From NCBI RefSeq assembly GCF_000020025.1, contig NC_010628.1, positions 7,920,001-7,952,000 of the forward strand: 32,000 nt of DNA. Direction: 5' to 3'. Shown one piece after another: positions 27,546 to 32,000 of the stretch; position 1 is the stretch's first letter; every line of letters begins with the position of its first letter. The position numbers and the translations under genes are program-made. The DNA comes from Nostoc punctiforme PCC 73102 (GTDB lineage: Bacteria > Cyanobacteriota > Cyanobacteriia > Cyanobacteriales > Nostocaceae). The notes below the pieces were generated by a model. The model was not told the DNA's origin, searched no databases, and worked only from the letters and a program-made list of their open reading frames with translations.

Positions 27546-28151
27546 TCAAGAGGATGGATATTTATTAAATACCGCAACTGAATTCTTACCATCAAAGGCA
27601 AACACCGTAAACGGGTCTTTTCGATTCCCCATCTCCATACCAGGAGTACCTACAGGCATTTGAGGAACAGATAAACCAACAACATTTGGCTTTTCTTGAA
27701 GCAAACGTTTGATATCGTTTGCTGGGACATGTCCTTCAATGACATATTCATTAACAATTGCTGTGTGGCAAGATGACAAGTTATCTGGTACGTTGTACTT
27801 TTGTTTGACTGTTTCGATGTCAGACGTGGAAAAGTCTGTGATTTCAAAACCTTGTATCTTTAAGTGGTCAATCCACCCGCCACAACAGTTACAGTCGGGA
27901 CTATGATATACAATGGCATTTAGTGCTGTTGATTTTAATGGTGTATCTTTGTCCTGAATACCTTTAGTAGTACTTACTAATTGAGCATTAGTTGCAAGAG
28001 AATTAGGAAAAACAGCTTGAGCATTACTCATAGAAGCGGTGCTTCCCAAGATGCCCAACACCCCTACTGTGAGACAAATTGTTACTACTACACGTACCAG
28101 CATGGGAAGTAACCATTTTTGCCAGCAATAAATAAATTTTTTGTGCGACAT
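27546..28151 (-). CDS. DUF411 (CopG-like) metal-binding protein with an N-terminal membrane anchor or signal.
   Basis: Signature SPDCNCCGGW plus HVP...VPQMPVGTPGMEMG, characteristic of DUF411/CopG copper-resistance-associated proteins. Confidence 0.75.
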   Translation of the reverse strand: MSHKKFIYCWQKWLLPMLVRVVVTICLTVGVLGILGSTASMSNAQAVFPNSLATNAQLVSTTKGIQDKDTPLKSTALNAIVYHSPDCNCCGGWIDHLKIQGFEITDFSTSDIETVKQKYNVPDNLSSCHTAIVNEYVIEGHVPANDIKRLLQEKPNVVGLSVPQMPVGTPGMEMGNRKDPFTVFAFDGKNSVAVFNKYPSS

Positions 28152-28291
28152 CTGAGACTTCCTGATTAAAACATTGCATAAATTTGTTTTAACAAATTCT
28201 TTTCAAAAAGACTCTGCGTACCTTTCCTTTGTGCTTAGTTTGCGTCCCTCTACGTTTAAAACACTACAAATTTAGCAATTCATCGCTTTAA

Positions 28292-28434
28292 AATGCCATT
28301 GCATTGCCTAACAATGCCAATGCATCGCCCGACAATGCCATTGCATCACCTAACAATGCCATTGCATCACCTAACAATGTTATTGCATCGCCTGACAATG
28401 CCAATGCGTCGCCTGATAATGCCATTGCATCCCT
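28292..28434. repeat. Tandem array of about 6.8 copies of a 21-bp unit (consensus AATGCCATTGCATCGCCTRAC).
   Basis: Units at 28292, 28313, 28334, 28355, 28376, 28397 and 28418. Units 3 and 4 are identical. Each contains the CAATGCCATTG palindrome / ATGC-N4-GCAT hairpin. Confidence 0.9.
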
Positions 28435-28480
28435 CTGCATTTAAAAAGGTAAAGTTATGATTTTACCCCTGCTACGTCTT

Positions 28481-28610
28481 AGAGGTTGTTTGAAAAGTGT
28501 TTCGCTGTGACTTTAGGCACTTTGAGATCCCCCTAACCACCCTTAAAAAGGAGGATTTAGGAGGATCTAGAACTTTTGATACCGACAAGAGGACTTTTAA
28601 AACATCCTCT
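28481..28610. mobile_element. 130-bp MITE-like element with 18-nt terminal inverted repeats.
   Basis: AGAGGTTGTTTGAAAAGT (28481..28498) against ACTTTTAAAACATCCTCT (28593..28610) gives 16/18 complementary positions. A second copy end is at 1..51 and a deleted copy at 27459..27527. Confidence 0.65.
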
Positions 28611-28707
28611 TATAAAGTAAAAGCGATCCTTTCTCAGTCATCACAACTGCAAGCCTATACACATAGCGGCTTGTCGCCAGATATCGCTCTATCAAAGCTA
28701 CAATTCC

Positions 28708-30273
28708 TTACCCAATTGCGACTAAAGACTGGGGTCTTTCAGCTGCTTTGTGCCATACCGATTGTCCTGTCAACAGTTCTACAACCTGCATACCATTGCC
28801 AATTACACCTGGTACACTTGGATACCCAGCACTCGCTCCTACCAAAAAGAGATTAGGTAACTCTGTCATATATCCCAGACGATTTAAACCAACCTGCTTA
28901 GGTACTAATTTCGCACCATAAATATTACCTTGCGGTTGTCCTAGATAAAATTCGCTGGTAGTAGGTGTACCATAAACTTTCATCCGGGCATATTTGTCTA
29001 CATCGGGAATCAAATCTCGCACACTTGTCATAATCTGCTGATAAAATTCTCGCTTTTTGGCTTTATATGCTTTTGGGTTGCTTTTGTAGAGATGTTCAAA
29101 TGGTTCATAAGAACAGACAGTAGCAATTTCTAATACATGATGTCCCTCTGGTCCCATCCCTGGTTCGCTAGATTTCATCGTCGGACAAGAGAGGAAAATC
29201 CACGGTTGGCTAAAGTCACCTTCCAATTGTTGTTGATATTCTCTGTTCAGGTCGCCTGTGGGATAATACCAAACATTCCAGTTACCAATGCCGTAGCGTT
29301 GAGGATCGAAGCGGCTATCTAAACCCAGGTAAATATTAAAAGCACTGGCTGAGTATTGGTAATTAGTGAGGCGTTTATACTCTTTTTGACTCAAAGCTGT
29401 AATATCATGCATTAACTCCACTGTTAATTTGGGGTCGAGGTCGCTGATATAAGCTTTGCTGGCGCGATAACTATTACCATCAGCAAGGACACTATGGACA
29501 CTATGGTTGCTAACTTGAATATGGCTCACCGGGGTTGAGTACTTGATGACACCTCCACCTGCGGTAATTACGTCTGCAATAGTGTCAACAAGGTGTTTGA
29601 AGTGATGTTTTGGATAATAAGCGCCTTCTGAGTAGTCCCAAACTAAGGAAGTATGGGTGAGTAGCGCAATTTCCTGCGGTGGTAGTGCATAGTCGCCACT
29701 TTGCCCCGCCAGTACTGCTTGCAGTTTAGGCGATAATCCGACATGGTTATACAAATCTTGCAGTGTCCAATTCCGCTTCCAAAATAAATTCAAATATTTT
29801 GGTAGTTTTAACCAGTCAGACAACTTTTGATCGTACCAGCGTACCTCCTGCACTAAGTTGCGAATTTCTTGGTGGAGTTGCTGAATTTCATTGCAGTAAT
29901 GGTTAATCGCACCAGCTTCTTCTGGAAATGTTGAGAGTAAACGCGATCGCAAATTTTCCCATCCCAAAGGAATTTTGAAATCCGCCTCTGGTGTGATGAC
30001 TCGATCGATACAGTCAGAATCGAGACTATTAAAGGGCACATTTTGATGAATATAGTCGAGAAATTGAGTTATGGTCTGACCAGAACCACATTGAGAGATG
30101 TAATGCACGTCAGCACAAAAATGGTATTCTCCGTAATCAAAGGTGTGACAGCATCCGCCAGGTAAATAATGTTGCTCTAGAACTACTACCCGATAGCCTT
30201 GTCGAGTTAAACAGGCTGCGGCCGAAAGCCCACCTAGTCCGGCTCCCAGAATCACATAGTCGAAGATTTCCAT
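28708..30273 (-). CDS. FAD/NAD(P)-dependent oxidoreductase, CrtI/CrtISO/RetSat-like, and a paralogue of 17312..18874. The start is set at ATG 30273, which has AAGGAGG 6 nt upstream. The ORF opens at TTG 30291.
   Basis: DYVILGAGLGGLSAAACLTRQGYRVVVLEQHYLPGG. Collinear with the other copy through VHYISQCGSGQTI, GAYYPKHHFKH, NYQYSASAF and GTPTTSEFY..GNIYG..LVGASAGYPS. Confidence 0.8.
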   Translation of the reverse strand: MEIFDYVILGAGLGGLSAAACLTRQGYRVVVLEQHYLPGGCCHTFDYGEYHFCADVHYISQCGSGQTITQFLDYIHQNVPFNSLDSDCIDRVITPEADFKIPLGWENLRSRLLSTFPEEAGAINHYCNEIQQLHQEIRNLVQEVRWYDQKLSDWLKLPKYLNLFWKRNWTLQDLYNHVGLSPKLQAVLAGQSGDYALPPQEIALLTHTSLVWDYSEGAYYPKHHFKHLVDTIADVITAGGGVIKYSTPVSHIQVSNHSVHSVLADGNSYRASKAYISDLDPKLTVELMHDITALSQKEYKRLTNYQYSASAFNIYLGLDSRFDPQRYGIGNWNVWYYPTGDLNREYQQQLEGDFSQPWIFLSCPTMKSSEPGMGPEGHHVLEIATVCSYEPFEHLYKSNPKAYKAKKREFYQQIMTSVRDLIPDVDKYARMKVYGTPTTSEFYLGQPQGNIYGAKLVPKQVGLNRLGYMTELPNLFLVGASAGYPSVPGVIGNGMQVVELLTGQSVWHKAAERPQSLVAIG

Positions 30274-31198
30274 ATCAGCCTCCTTTGGCAATTTTGATTT
30301 CTATTGATTTCGGTGTTATGACTTTTTATCACCGTTCTTGTAGTTTTAGAAATGCCAAAATACTCAGCGTATCTTCACCTAGATTTGTAGATTTTATCTA
30401 ATAAAAATTAGGTAGAAGAGCCATTCGATATAAGGTGTAAGGATTTTTCTCGGTGATAATGGTAATTCCTGCATCGCTAAATATCAAAAGATTTAGCGAA
30501 TAATTTAGCTAACATTTAGATACCCTGAAAGATGTTTAAAGTAGCCACTTAACTTAGCTATGAATTCTTGTCAAGGCTTGCAGATAGTTAGCAGAAGATA
30601 ATTTAAGAATCTCAGTCTTGTTAAGGAGCATCCTCAATTTTGCTATTGTGCTGCATTCAGACAGGAATGAGAGAATTAAAAAACGAACCGTAAATAACAC
30701 AACATCAAGAGATTTATAAAGGATTTTTGCGTCAATTTAGTGATTTTTTGAAAAATTTGGATGCTCCCGTATTTTTATCCATCCTTTATTTATTCAGCTT
30801 ATCGAAAACCAAAAAAATGTTTGATAATGTTTGCTTTTCTTAATGAATATTGGCTAAGGTTTAAATTACTTTAAAGTTTACTTGCTAGATAAGTGCAAGA
30901 GCTAAAAAAAGATTATCTATTAGGAGCTGAATACCTAGGAAACAGCTATTAAATATCAAAAATTTATTGCTATTAACACAAGTATAAATGCACAACTTTA
31001 TACCCTATTCTATACACGTAATATCATTTCTCGAAATACCTGATACAAATGATTTGTTTCTAACTCTTTCTCCCTGCTACCTATTTGTACCAACTTTAAA
31101 GTGAAACAGTATAAGAGCTTCTCTCAAGGTATGAGATGAGAACTGCTTTGTATCCCAAAATCCTTGTAGAAGTGAGAATGTCACTCTACAATTAACTA

Positions 31199-32000
31199 AT
31201 GACTATTGACCCATTTGCAGCACTTGTAGGACAACCGCAAGCCATAGAATTACTGACTCAGGCTGTCAGACAAAACCGGGTTGCTCCAGCGTATCTATTT
31301 GTGGGGCCAGATGGTGTAGGAAGAAGTTTAGCAGCCAGGTGTTTTGTGGAATTGCTATTTTCTAGTGAGTTGGGAGTCACTGCAGCTTTACAAAACCGTT
31401 TGCGTCAGGGGAACCATCCAGCTTTGTTGTGGGTGCAACCGACGTACCAATACCAGGGACAACGATTAACAGCAGCAGAAGCGGCTGAGAAAGGACTGAA
31501 GCGTAAAGCACCACCTGTAATTCGGCTAGAGCAAATTCGGGAAATTACCGAGTTTTTAAGTCGTCCGCCCTTGGAAGCACCAAGGAATGTGGTGGTGCTG
31601 GAAGAAGCCCAAACAATGGCAGAAGCCGCAGCCAATGCTTTACTTAAAACTTTGGAAGAACCGGGACAGGCGACGTTAATTTTAATTGCACCTACACCTG
31701 AGTCTGTTTTGCCAACTTTGGTGTCCCGCTGTCAACGCATTCCTTTTTATCGCTTAGATGCACAGTCTTTGGCTGTTGTACTTACACAAACAAGTCATCA
31801 AGAAATTTTGCAAAATCAGGCAGTGCTGAGTATAGCAGCTGGCAGTGCTGGAAGTGCGATCGCATCTTACGAGCAATTACAAACTATTCCCCCGGAGTTA
31901 CTCGAAGATTTGAAAAAAGCCCCTGCTTCCTACCGCAAAGCCTTGGAGTTAGCCAAGAAAATTGATAAGGATTTAGATACAGAAGCCCAACTGTGGTTAG
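31199..32000 (+). CDS. holB: DNA polymerase III delta-prime subunit, 5' part only (it runs off the window end).
   Basis: Hand translation from ATG 31199 gives MTIDPFAALVGQPQAIELLTQAVRQNRVAPAYLFVGPDGVGRSLAA ... ANALLKTLEEP ... LVSRCQRIPF. No stop codon before position 32000. Not in the ORF track because the frame is open-ended. Confidence 0.85.
   Translation, partial: MTIDPFAALVGQPQAIELLTQAVRQNRVAPAYLFVGPDGVGRSLAARCFVELLFSSELGVTAALQNRLRQGNHPALLWVQPTYQYQGQRLTAAEAAEKGLKRKAPPVIRLEQIREITEFLSRPPLEAPRNVVVLEEAQTMAEAAANALLKTLEEPGQATLILIAPTPESVLPTLVSRCQRIPFYRLDAQSLAVVLTQTSHQEILQNQAVLSIAAGSAGSAIASYEQLQTIPPELLEDLKKAPASYRKALELAKKIDKDLDTEAQLWL

Noticed and set aside
28292-28434. Possible CRISPR array (regularly spaced repeats).
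   Set aside because: The units are directly adjacent 21-mers with no unique spacers, and no cas genes are nearby. This is a plain tandem repeat.
28497-28856. 119-aa plus-strand ORF.
   Set aside because: It starts inside the MITE and then runs antisense through the 3' end of the oxidoreductase gene. It has no RBS and low-complexity, non-protein-like composition.

Overview
The window looks like a chromosomal segment from a filamentous (Nostocales-type) cyanobacterium. The HIP1 octamer GCGATCGC is very frequent, including inside coding repeats and inside a tRNA. Spacers contain heptamer and G/C-tract repeats, and several short hairpin or MITE-like elements are dispersed through it. Housekeeping genes: an AMP-forming acyl-CoA/acyl-ACP synthetase, pyruvate dehydrogenase E2, a translationally coupled methyltransferase-HAD pair, tRNA-Ala(CGC), metY-metX (direct sulfhydrylation), and the 5' part of holB. 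Accessory content: an Rpn/YhgA-like PD-(D/E)XK nuclease with an expanded in-frame 12-bp repeat; an RTX-type calcium-binding repeat gene cut in two by an intact IS4-family element with a 9-bp target duplication; an ISKra4-like element with a frameshifted transposase; rtcB interrupted by a 322-aa HNH-type intein at its catalytic cysteine; a tRNA-adjacent pair of FAD oxidoreductases with a third paralogue 10 kb away; a frameshifted PEP-CTERM beta-propeller gene; an SGNH lipase; a TPR protein built from exact 120-bp repeats; a DUF411/CopG-like metal protein; a 21-bp tandem array; and a 130-bp MITE. I cannot show from sequence alone that any of this is a previously undescribed multi-gene system. 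The candidates most worth follow-up are the intein-gated RtcB, the uncharacterised oxidoreductase module next to the tRNA, the Rpn-family nuclease, and the 21-bp palindromic tandem array. All family assignments come from motif recognition by eye, not from database searches.
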